Assembly (NCBI GenBank): GCA_011109175.1
Contig: RDEW01000010.1
Span: forward strand, 479,837-543,836
DNA: 64,000 nt
Source: Dicyema japonicum
Lineage: Eukaryota; Animalia; Dicyemida
Direction of reading: 5' to 3'
Positions 35,241-45,707 of the stretch are shown piece by piece (the first letter of the stretch is position 1; every line of letters starts with the position of its first letter). The notes under the pieces were generated by a model. It ran no database searches. It was not told the origin of the DNA and saw only the letters and a list, made by a program, of their open reading frames with translations. The translations under genes and the position numbers were made by a program.

Positions 35241-36661
35241 TCACTCAGCTTTAACAGCAGCAACAGGTGGCTGCAAATCCTTTTTCAAAGGACCCTGAAA
35301 TAAATGATAGACTAACCATAAACTTTGTCTTCTCATCACTCGTCTGGAAACGTCCATGTCCAAACTTGCTAGAGGTGTCAATAAACTTAAGATTTACGTC
35401 TTCTCTGGCTTTACGACTAACAGAAGTCATCAAAGACTGCAATAAGTAATAACGTCACCTTTCTCAGAGTAATGGCTCTTTTCTTGGGGCCCATGCAGCA
35501 TCCCTTAATTACAACATAGTCATTGGTAATCTCCCCATATCTTACAAATCCTCCCATTGGGGTAATATACTTGTCCGTCAGGTCATATGGAGTCAACTTA
35601 GTGGGAGGAGCCTAAGAATTAACTATAATGACAACCCTTCCGGGACCGCTTTCTCCAATGGCATCTCCAATCTTATATATTTTCTTGTTAATCTCAGTTC
35701 TATGATGGAAACCCATCTGACCAGCTCGGCTCACACTGTAGGCAACACGTGCGGGATGCCAAGCACCGATACAAGCGACCTTTCTGAGTCCCTTTCTACT
35801 CTTTCTCGGCATCTTCTTTGGTCTCCATCTTTTCGTACAGCCCTGGAAGCCTTTTCCGTGGGTGATTCCAATCACATCAATCATCTCTCCCTCAGTAAAC
35901 ATCTCGCTGATCTTCAGTTCTCGTTCAAAGTGACTCTTCGCCCAGGCAACTTTATCCATTATGGTTCCCCCATTTAGCTGAATTTCCATAATGTGGGCCT
36001 TCTTCTGTTCCAATCCAAGCTTTTTCATCTAATTTCATATTTGAGCTTTAAATACCTGTGTGTGAGCAATAATCCTGACAACAGTGGAGTTCTTCTTAAT
36101 TCTTTCGAATTTTCTCTCAATGTCCATCTTTCCAGCCTCAGTGGCCCACTTTTGTGCATGCTTAGTGAACGATTTTCTCTTGCATTTGTACCTTTGCTTA
36201 GAAAACAAACTACCAGTTTTTGTACATTCTTCTCCTAAATTCGTCGGAGACAAACTGGGAGAACACAGTCGTACAATGCCTCAGTCCACGTGGAGTTTTG
36301 ATGTACCCAACGACTCCAACTACTACCATTGGAGGGGCTTCCAACACTGTTACGGGTTCCACAAAGTCCCTGTCATTTCCTCCTGGAAAATTTAATATTG
36401 GAGTGTCAACTTGAGCCAGGGCGGGACATGTGTCTGACCACGTGGGTCATTCCGGCCTTGAAGGCACGGAAAGCTGTCGGGTGGACTGGCTTAGTCTTGT
36501 CATCCTTTGGGAAAGCCTTAACTTTTCCTGCCCTTCGAGTGCATCTTTTACGCGGTAGAAAAGCCAGAGATCCATGTCTTGGTACGTGGAATTTACGGTG
36601 AGACTACAATTTATAATTTTTGGATAAAAATTTAAGTCAATATTAAAAAGATACACACCAT
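35241..36661 (-). CDS. RPL3: 60S ribosomal protein L3 (uL3); 8 exons
   Basis: M|[55 protein letters not shown]. Introns 36604-36658, 36383-36410, 36192-36213, 36029-36055, 35612-35635, 35437-35458, 35295-35316. Confidence 0.98.
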
Positions 36662-39313
36662 AAGCTAATGCACGTTAAACACGTTTTATTTAAATTATTA
36701 ATTAAAAATATAATTTTTATATTAATTTTAATATATTTAACAGAATATTACAATTATAATAACTAAATTTCTAAGTATGCCTCCTTATCGTGCACCAAAA
36801 TGTCCCACTCCATTTGAAGGTTTCTAACAATTGCAAGGAATGAACGTCTTCCACTTTTTATGTTGATTCTGGGTGGATTTTTGTGACATTTGAAGGACTC
36901 TGTTTCAGTGAAAGTGAGAACTGAATACACTTAAATAGTTGTTAACCGTTAACTTCTTTTTAGGTGTATCCGAGATTAATAATAATGTGTGGCAAAACTT
37001 GGATGAATATTCTTAAGCCATCCATGTGGTACAAATCCGGGTTTTGGTTTAAATAACATTAAAGGAATTCAAGAACACATGGTTAAATACAACCATCAAA
37101 GGAAATAAAGTTAACTAATAATTTTCTGTTGGCCATTTCTGAGGGATATGCATAAATATGCGTAATGATGTAGTTTACCAACATAACCATTTTTCGTCTG
37201 ATTACCACTTGTATGGAGAGTATGGTTGTGAAACGCAGTATTTTAATGTCCTGTATTTGTCCCATTATTTGTAAGATTATGTGCACAAGGCGGCTAGGAA
37301 CCTTGCCTAATAAGACTATTTACGCCAGCCTTTTAAGGCGGATTTGATTCTGGCTACTGAAACAGCTCTGATTGAGCCCTCTGCCTATATGCCATCTGCC
37401 TCCTATAGTCCAATGTCAGGCTTCTTTAAAGCAGTGGACTTTAGATCGACATGGAGCTTCCTATCCACCTCTAACTGTTTTAGATAATCCTTGGGGTACT
37501 TTGTTGTAATTCCTTCCCATGTTATTACTATTGGAACAACGAGGATTACTATTGAAATATTGAAATAATATAAGGACCTTTCAACCAAGCATTTGCCACA
37601 TCTCGTTTGCAAGCAAGTCATACTTCCTTTTTCTTTACCTCCACAGTTTGCAAACGGTCTTGGACGTAATGTTAATTTCTATGATAAGGACTTGGCCATA
37701 CTCCTTATCGTGTACCACAATTTCCGGTTTATTGTGATTGTCTAGCACTGAGGTACGGATAACTCTGTCTACCTTAATTTGGACCCTGGTGTTCTCTACT
37801 ACAGATTGCACCTTATGAGTCCGCAGCTTTCTGGTGTGGCGAATACCATACTTATTGCATAGTAGAAGATGAAGACTCCTTACTACCTCGTTATGCCTCC
37901 ACGCATAGTCGTGGCAGAGCATGGATCCGCACCGAGTGGCTAAATGATCAACCGACATGATCCTTGAATTAAAATGGAGATGTGTATTTATTGATCGATC
38001 TCAAAAAATATTGCATTTTTGCATATACGTGTACAACGCCTCCGATCGAGGTGAGCTGTCACCATATTTTATCCATGTTGTCGACGACTAAAGGTCAACG
38101 TGTGGTTGTCCAATGCTCTGAAGAGGATGAAGGCTTTTTAAGTTGATCTCTCCAATCAAATTATTATTTTGTAACTCTATCAACATCTTCACATTTTCAG
38201 CCCACCATCATCAACACCATGCTTAGCAGACAAAAAAGATCTGATAGTGCCTAGGTGAGTTGCCCGTGTTTTCTCGGTCGTTATTATGGCGTGCTTCCTA
38301 GCAGACACACTTGACCCAGCTATCAGGGTGTCGTGCATTCGCATAAGGATACGTTCACTTAGTTGGACTACTTAACACAGTCCACGGCTGAATTTCTCAC
38401 TGGGTAAATGTAGTCTCTCCTTAATGGCTGCCAGCACATGGACATGGTTCTCTGAGTAGTCCACAGATCATAACATCAATCTCATCATACTCTTTGGGGT
38501 CAAACTCCACAACACCTATGTAGTAGTTTAGCAGAGAACTAGCATACTAATTTAATGCTAGGAACAAGGTCCTTGCATTTAGAGACGTCTTACATAACAA
38601 TGCTGCTCTTCTACGAATAACATAAATAATTTATCGTTTTGTCTCAAGCATGATAAGGGACTTCGAAGTTTTGGTAAGTTCCAGATACTTATATTCTTCG
38701 TATTCCTAGGACTCTTACTTTTATACTTCAGATTAATACTCCATCTATTTATCACAGCCAATACAAAGCTGATGAACCACACAGGCATACACAACCTGTG
38801 TAGATACTCGACAAGGTAAGAATGATCAACTGAATCATAAGCCTTCTTCACATCCACCTACATAGACAAAAGTGAGTTTCTATGAGCCACAGAAAGGCAC
38901 TTGTTGATCAGAACCTACTCTGTTGCCCCCTGAAATTTTGCACAGTGCCCAACTGATTCCTACAAAACTCCTGACCATATTAGCCACCAAGTGGTGAGCT
39001 TATACAAGGTTGGCATGCAAGCTATCGGTAGATAATCTGCAGCGGACTTAAGGTTGTCCAGCTTTGGGACCAAATAAGTTGTCCCAGTGCAAAAATAATC
39101 AGAAATCGTTTCCGGGTTGTTGATGCTTTTCTGTAATACACGACACATAGACTCGTGTACCGAACTACATCTTTTGATAAAGAAATTATACGGTCTATCT
39201 ACCCTGGTCGTTTTCTAATCAAGGAGACGTCTCACTACCTCCTCAATTTCCTGCAGAAATCGAAAATTCTGCTAAGAAGGAGTGGTGATGTACGGGAAAG
39301 TTCAGGCACTAAA

Positions 39314-39386
39314 GCCTTGTTAGCTCAGTTGGTAGAGCATGGGACTCTTAATCCCAGGGTCACGGGTTCGAGTCCCGTACAGGGCT
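39314..39386 (+). tRNA. tRNA-Lys(CTT)
   Basis: 73-nt cloverleaf: acceptor GCCTTGT/ACAGGGC, anticodon arm TGGGA-CTCTTAA-TCCCA, GGTTCGAGTCC; T5 terminator at 39396-39400. Confidence 0.95.
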
Positions 39387-39680
39387 GCTCCAAACTTTTT
39401 ATGTTTTAAATTTCAATATTAAAACGACTTAAGAATTCCAGCGTCGCAGGCGCAAAGGAACCAGACGTCTCAACGGCGAGTGGAACAAACAAAAAATCCT
39501 TGGGTAGGACCGACTCTTAGTCCCAGGGTCACGGGTTCGAGTCCCGTACAGGGCTGCTCCAAACTTTTTATGTTTTAAATTTCAATATTAAGACGACTCA
39601 AGAATTCCAGCGTCGCAGGCGCAAAGGAACCAGACGTCTCAACGGCGAGTGGAACAAACAAAAAATCCTTGGGTAGGACC
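39343..39680. repeat. 169-bp tandem duplication (tRNA 3' half plus CRE fragment)
   Basis: 39343-39511 vs 39512-39680, three substitutions seen. Confidence 0.95.
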
Positions 39681-39835
39681 GTGTACTTTTCCCGTTTTAT
39701 CTTCTCGACTTTTCCAACAACAGAACAGCCTCCAGAGGCACTCTGGAGTAGGTTGCAAAAGGCAAACGTGTCGGTGTAGGTAAGGTACCAGAACTCCATT
39801 GGAATGGCGTATAGCATCGTCCAAGCCACGCTGAG
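39400..39835 (-). mobile_element. CRE-like endonuclease-region fragment
   Basis: TYTDTFA..EKIKREKY..FLFVPLAVETSGSFAPATLEFLSRL. Confidence 0.75.
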
Positions 39836-40774
39836 AGAACGAGGAAGGCAGGGAAAGCTGATAAGTGCGGCTCCATGCCTCCTAAGCATCGCCGGAGTTT
39901 TTGTCAATAGTGAATTCAGGTAGATAGTGTAGAATCCTCTTGACATGGGAGTTACAATACATATACAAATATTGTTTTTTATCGTACACAAAAATTGCCT
40001 CTTCTAGCTCCACCTATGCTTTCCTTAACTTTTTGAGGTTCCATTTGCGAACACGGAGTTTACCATGTACACCTCTTACTATAGGCGGTGCTTATCCTTT
40101 AACCTCTCTCGCCACACTACTTATGTGCCACTCCAGTGCTTCCATCTCTGTATGTCTAAAAACAATTTTGGAACAGATCTATTCCTTCCATTTACTGGGT
40201 GGTCTGGGTTTGTATGTCAACTCCTCATAGGTGATCTGTGCTGCATGCAACAGTAAAGAGATGTCACCCAGTAACCCTACTGGCTTAGCCTCCGCCGCAT
40301 AAGCCACAACCTTATTGATACAGGTTAACACTACTCTGTTAACCATACTATGAAAGATCTTGCTGGTAACTCTACGGTCCTCAAAAGGAAATCTGCTGCT
40401 GCAGCGAGATTACGCGAGAAGACCTCATAAACATGCTTGAGCTGCAACATATCACAACTCTGGTGCTCGTGCTCTCTTTAACTGTTGTGGTAATCTGGTC
40501 CCGACCCCTTTAGACCAGTATTCCTCCTCTGACCCTCTTTGTCTACACACATTTTCTTGAGTTCATTTACAAATATAGCAGTACTGAATCTGCCACTGGA
40601 GAGCTTCGCCAAGTATGGCCAGTCATTCAAGGGCATCCGGGATAGCCTGCTACGTACCTGCAAAACAACCTGCCTCCTCCATTCTTCTGGGTCAGTTGCC
40701 ACAACGCTCTCGGATGTGGAAAGAATTATATTCTTATCATCTGGTGACGTAAAAAATCCCATAGTTTTCTAATT

Positions 40775-41365
40775 TTTTAAATTAATTATTAACAAAATAA
40801 ATAGAATCATATTAACTCACGTGCAGCTTCTGACTGATGAGTCGATCCATGATCGCCGCGTGGCGTCATGTGGTGCTGCGTGGTTAATTGGTTGAAGTTT
40901 TCTGCTTGCTTGTCTGTTCCTCCTCTCTCTTCCTATTAGAGTGGCGTCATGTGATCCACCTGTCTAGGTGACGCTCAGTGCCAGGCCGGCACGAAAAAGG
41001 ATCATTTGCTCTCCCCCACTCCACTGGAGGGGTTTCCACAACTGCATGTAATGGACGTTTCTAAAATCCCGAGTTCATCCTCGGTCATAGTCGCGTGAAG
41101 AATACAGATATGTTACCACCTCAACTTTCTCACCAACTAAAGTTGGATAACAAAGACATAGTGGAACTTTGAATAAATTGAAAGTTTCCTCTCGAGACCT
41201 ATCCAATATTTCGCTCTTATTTTTTATAAGACATCCAACTTTTATTTAAATTTATTAAACCAGAAAACCACCTTCATAGCCAGAATGACAAAAAATTCAG
41301 GTGATCCCGGCCTCCCTCAGCAGTTTTCGTATGCTCGAACGTGAAGGAAGTGCCGTTCGGATGGC
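40775..41365 (-). repeat. Composite repeat (Ingi-type 3' tail plus second LINE-like tail), inverted partner of 43825-44255
   Basis: Colinear reverse-complement match across the junction of the two tails. Confidence 0.75.
40855..41058 (+). mobile_element. Structured-head short element (copy B, 3' truncated)
   Basis: Nearly identical to copy A; fold 40943-41004 with perfect P2 TGATCC/GGATCA. Confidence 0.8.
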
Positions 41366-41779
41366 TTAATAAAATCATGGCGTACTGAGACTGAGAACTC
41401 TCAAATTCTCCTTCGAATAAGTTGAAAAGGAGATTTTAATCTATTAACAAAAAACAAAGTAAGTGTCCTCGCGAGTGTTTGCAGAGAAATTCAACTGGAG
41501 TATTCTCTAACCGATCCCATAAAATGGGAGAGCCCATCGTTCACTCGTATAAGGTGGTGCCCAACATTACAAGTTCCCCTAAAAACTATAATTAAGGAAA
41601 TACGATTAGTTAAGACGGTTGGACTCACGTCTAATAAAAAAAGAACCCAAAACGTGACAGCTCCTCTTAAAACGTTGGTCACGTGGTATTGTGGGATAAC
41701 TCCTTATTAATTGATTTATCATTCTTCTAAGGCTGATTTTAATGTTTTATTGATTACTGTGGGTTTGTTTTAATTGATT

Positions 41780-42050
41780 ACCGTGGATTAGATACCGTAC
41801 CTACTTGGTCGAAGGATTCACTGATTTGTCCCTTCTTCAAGAGGCGCCCAGTGCCAACTCGGTATCCAAAAAGAATTTTTCTTTTCCCTACTTCGCTGGA
41901 GGGGATTCGACAATGGTGGATATGGATTTGCATGATGCTTGGACAGGATGCATTTCACTCCCATCATGGGAACTGGATAAACCTTGATTAGTCTGTAATT
42001 AAATCTTGACCTCTTTCCGGTAAATCCTGAGTTACTAAATAAATAATAAT
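41780..42050 (+). mobile_element. Degenerate structured-head element (copy J)
   Basis: GGCGCCCAGTGCC..GGTATCCAAAAAG, CCCTACTTCGCTGGAGGGG, TAAATAAATAATAA tail. Confidence 0.5.
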
Positions 42051-42355
42051 ACTGCACTTTACCAAGAGCCGTATATGCTGTAGTTCCTCCCAGGTAGACA
42101 CACTTTATTTAAGTAAAGGACAGTTATCATAACTAATTGTTAAGGGAGAACCAAAGAATGTCCTTCAATTCGTTTTTCTTGGTTCTGAGTCCTTTTTAGA
42201 CAATCCGGTTCCGCAGTGAGAAGTTCACTGATGACGGCATCACTCGTCAAGCAAAAGCATCGTAGATGCGTGGAACCTTCAATCGGAAAATACAGCAGCA
42301 ATATTGGAACTATGGGCCATCAGGCATTTTGCCGGCATTCGTTACACTGCACCAA
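42050..42355 (-). mobile_element. tRNA-derived SINE (copy S5)
   Basis: Head TGGTGCAGTGTAA, core AAGGTTCCACGCATCTACGATGC..CAGTGA/TCACTG..GGAACC, shared tail. Confidence 0.8.
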
Positions 42356-43824
42356 ATAAATGAATATAATTTTTAAATCAATTACTACAAATAATGCAGA
42401 TAATTGCTCATCAAAAGCTAATGTGAACATGGATGAACAGTTTTTTGTTGATTCTATAATTTATTTCCGTGAAAAACCAGTGATTTAAAACTTAAATTGA
42501 TTAAAAACCAAAGATTTAATTTATTAACCCAGGAATCACAAAAAGGATAAGATTTATCTAATAAACTGACCCCAGTGTCCTAGCTTCCTCCTATGGTTTG
42601 TCTTGGAATCCTGGATTATGAAGGATTCTTAGGCAGGATGACTTCCGGCAGAAGGGGATGCTCTGATCAAAGAATGTAGTTTTTAAGTTTAAACAAATGA
42701 CTTAAAATTTAGTTTTTATTTTTAAAAATTATGTTTTACTGATTTTCTAATATTTTTTGACTTTAAAGTTCTCATGATTGTTTCAGCGTCCTCATCAGTA
42801 GCCAATGGGATGAATTTGTCCGCAATATAAAAATTTAACAATCTTCGCAGATATTTTATTTTTCCGGGAATCGCCGACCTTTTGAGTGATTCATTAACTT
42901 CGTCATATTGAGAGTCCTGATTTTTTGGAATCTTTATGTTGATATTATTCACCATTTATTACTAAAATCATTTAAAGTCCATTACTTAAGATGCGTTTTG
43001 ATAATTTGATGAGTTTGATTTATTAAGTCAAAAATTTCGCTGTGGTGTGACCATTCAACTTTAAAATTGAGGTTTCACTATCATGAAGCGTAAAAATAGA
43101 TATTGAGCTTTATTTCGATTTAAATAATAAAATCAATCAAATCTCGTTGCTTCCAGCATCAAGGGACGATAGATGTTCCCATTACCCATACGTGCTTGTT
43201 TGAAGTCGAGGGAGAAAGATGAGGTCCCTGCTAGAGCGTGCTGGGATCACGTGATTAGTTAGTTTGTGTAACCGTGGTCTCTGGTGTTATTATTATTACA
43301 ATTCCATGTCGCCTTGAAAGATCTCACTGATGCCATGATTTGACTTAACTTGAAAGGATCTAAGCATCTCAATCCCGTAGTGGTTTACGATGAATATAAC
43401 CGCCATCACCAACCCAAGTCTGATATTGAAAATGACCCCTGACGTGGTAATCAATGCTGAGGGAAATCGAGTCAATAAATCAATAGTTGTTCTGTCGTTA
43501 TATCAACTAAGTAATAACCCACCCCCAGTCCTTCCTAGTGAAGGAAACCAGTGGGTAACAAAAATATAACATCCAAAACGAACCTCACAGTTATAAATCA
43601 GACGGATCTGGTGCAACGAGAAAATTGAACTCACCAATCTCATCCAAGGTCCTCTAATAAGAATATCAGAAATTCCAACCGTAGCTTTCGTATTTCCACA
43701 ACTTCTTTGGTTCTTTAGTTAAGAGATACAAAGATGACGTGGTAGATCCATAACGAGGAGTTAACATTTTATATGAAATCATAGTGACCAAAGGCAGACA
43801 CTTTTTGACTGCACATACAGTGCC

Positions 43825-44255
43825 CTGGAAGGCACTTTCTCACGTTCGAGCATGCGAAGAATGCTGAAGGAGACAGGGATCACCTGAATTTTTTAAATCT
43901 GACTATGACGGTGGTTTTCTGGATCAATAAATTTAATTAAAGGTTGGATCTCTTACAAAAAACAAGAACGAATTATTGGATCGGTCTCGAGAGGAAACTT
44001 TAATCAAAGTTCGAGTATGTCTTTATTATCCAACTTTAATCGGTGAGAAAGTTGAAGTGGTAACGTATTTGTATTCTTCACGATACTATGAACGATGATG
44101 GACTCGGGGAATATTAGGAACTCAAAGTTCTGAACAAAGGAAGTGTCGTACCCCGACCAGCCCGATATTACAAGAACTCGGAGGATCATCAGTCAGAAGT
44201 TACACGTGAGTTAATGCGATTATATGTATGTTGTTAATAATTAATTAAAATAATT
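43825..44255 (+). repeat. Composite repeat, second copy
   Basis: MRRMLKETGIT* tail joined to the same downstream block as 40775-41250 (-). Confidence 0.75.
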
Positions 44256-44379
44256 AACTAGAACAGCTCCGGTCGGTTCAACGACAACGGCTGCACGTGG
44301 AATCTTTTGGAGATGTGTAAAATATAAAAGCAATGGAGACCAACGGGAAGAGTGGGGTTTCTCAGACGTCCGAGCTTCT

Positions 44380-44660
44380 TGAAAAAACAATGATTTATCG
44401 TCCATGGGTTCAGTTGCTTCAATAACAATACCACGTGACGTGAATCGGTCCCGTCGTTCTTCTTCCCTTTGGTTTGCCTAGCCTTTTCTGTAGAGAATAA
44501 TGTGTTTACTGCACTCTTGACTATGTTTGCAGAAAAAAGCAAGTCGATGCACGTGGCTGCATATACCAATGGCTTCTCTTTCTCGAACGGAAAGATTGTA
44601 ATTCCATCGGCAGGTTTTCTGTCTCCTCCGTCCAGGCCAACTGGTTCTAGCATAAATAAA
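44380..44660 (-). mobile_element. CRE-like fragment
   Basis: LEPVGLDGGDRKPADGITIFPFEKEKPLVYAATCID. Confidence 0.75.
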
Positions 44661-44855
44661 ATTATTCCAAAGACCAAGGGTAAAACCAAACTAATAACTC
44701 CTTGACCTTGAAGCGTTCCAACGATTCCATAACTTGTATCCCAGTCTAAAGATAGTTGGATCCCTTTGAATGCCACCAGGCATCTCCTTAGTGGATGCAA
44801 TGACACCATCAGAGGGAAAGAAGATAAATTTTTACCTATCAGTCACATGGCTTCA
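44660..44855 (-). mobile_element. Structured-head short element (copy G, tail type ii)
   Basis: GATGGTGTCATTGCATCC..GAGATGCC..CAAAGGGATCC; tail CTTGGTCTTTGGAATAATTTTATT. Confidence 0.6.
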
Positions 44856-45231
44856 TAAAAACATGGGATTTTTTAAATATCAATATTTATTAAACATTAG
44901 AAACAAATTAGGCAACAGTTGCCCAAAGACGGTGACCAATTGAGATTTCGAGGTCTGATAGAACCATCTCCATTCTCAGAGAACTCAAATTCCAGATTGC
45001 ATTCCCAATTTCATTGAAGACTACTTTGCTAATTTTCCAACCGGTCTAGAGGTTTGGAAAGCGATTGATACGAAACGAAGTAATCTTCGAGGGCTGAGTA
45101 CTTCAATTTTCTCCCTATATAGCATTTGAGCCAGTTGAGATAAAAAATTAATTAATATCATTTCCCCAAGGGGATCGATTCGACCCAGGTTGCGCGCCAC
45201 TCCATTAACTAATAAATTTTACTGTTATTTT

Positions 45232-45560
45232 ATATATTTTTATAAAGCCTTTTCACAAGAGCCATAGTATTTATAGCTCCGCATAGGCAGGACACACACT
45301 TTATTTAAGTAAAGAACAGTTAATTTTAACTAATCGTAGAACCAAGGGATGATCTTCACTACTTTTTTTCTTTTTCTTGTGTGAGTGTCCTTTCTAGACA
45401 ATCCAGTTCCGCAGTGAGTATCCACTGTCAAACCCTTTCTGCATCGTAGATGCGTGGAACCTTCCACAGGTGAACAGCAGCGAGATTCGAACCCGTAGCC
45501 TAAGCCACTTAAGCCCGACACCTAACCACTATGCCACCCGGGTAAACCTGCCGGATGGAG
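45232..45560 (-). mobile_element. tRNA-derived SINE (copy S6)
   Basis: A box TGGCATAGTGG, B box GGTTCGAATC; perfect 13-bp TSD TTACTGTTATTTT (45219-31, 45561-73). Confidence 0.9.
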
Positions 45561-45707
45561 TTACTGTTATTTTGAATTATTATTAAAAGCGAAAGTTGTT
45601 GAGTCATCTAACTAACATTAAAAAATTTAAGTTTAATTAATATTATATTATAATTAAAATAAATTAAATTAATAAATGCTATTATAAAGTGTATTTCTCA
45701 TATTTCC

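Larger units (their letters stand above)
37330..40760 (-). mobile_element. Degenerate R4/Dong-like non-LTR retrotransposon, interrupted at ~39305-39840
   Basis: TGTTYLVPK..YLPIACMPTLYKLTT, DVKKAYDSVDH, DHLATRC..YAWRHNEVVR, NKPEIVVHDK. Confidence 0.85.

Noticed and set aside
40830-40860. CTGATGAG as a hammerhead core
   Set aside because: No matching GAAA or stems; it is the antisense of a LINE-like tail also present at ~44185.
42722-42955. 77-aa AT-rich ORF
   Set aside because: No recognisable homology or splice structure.
45160-45210. tRNA-like fragment
   Set aside because: No cloverleaf or anticodon arm can be drawn.
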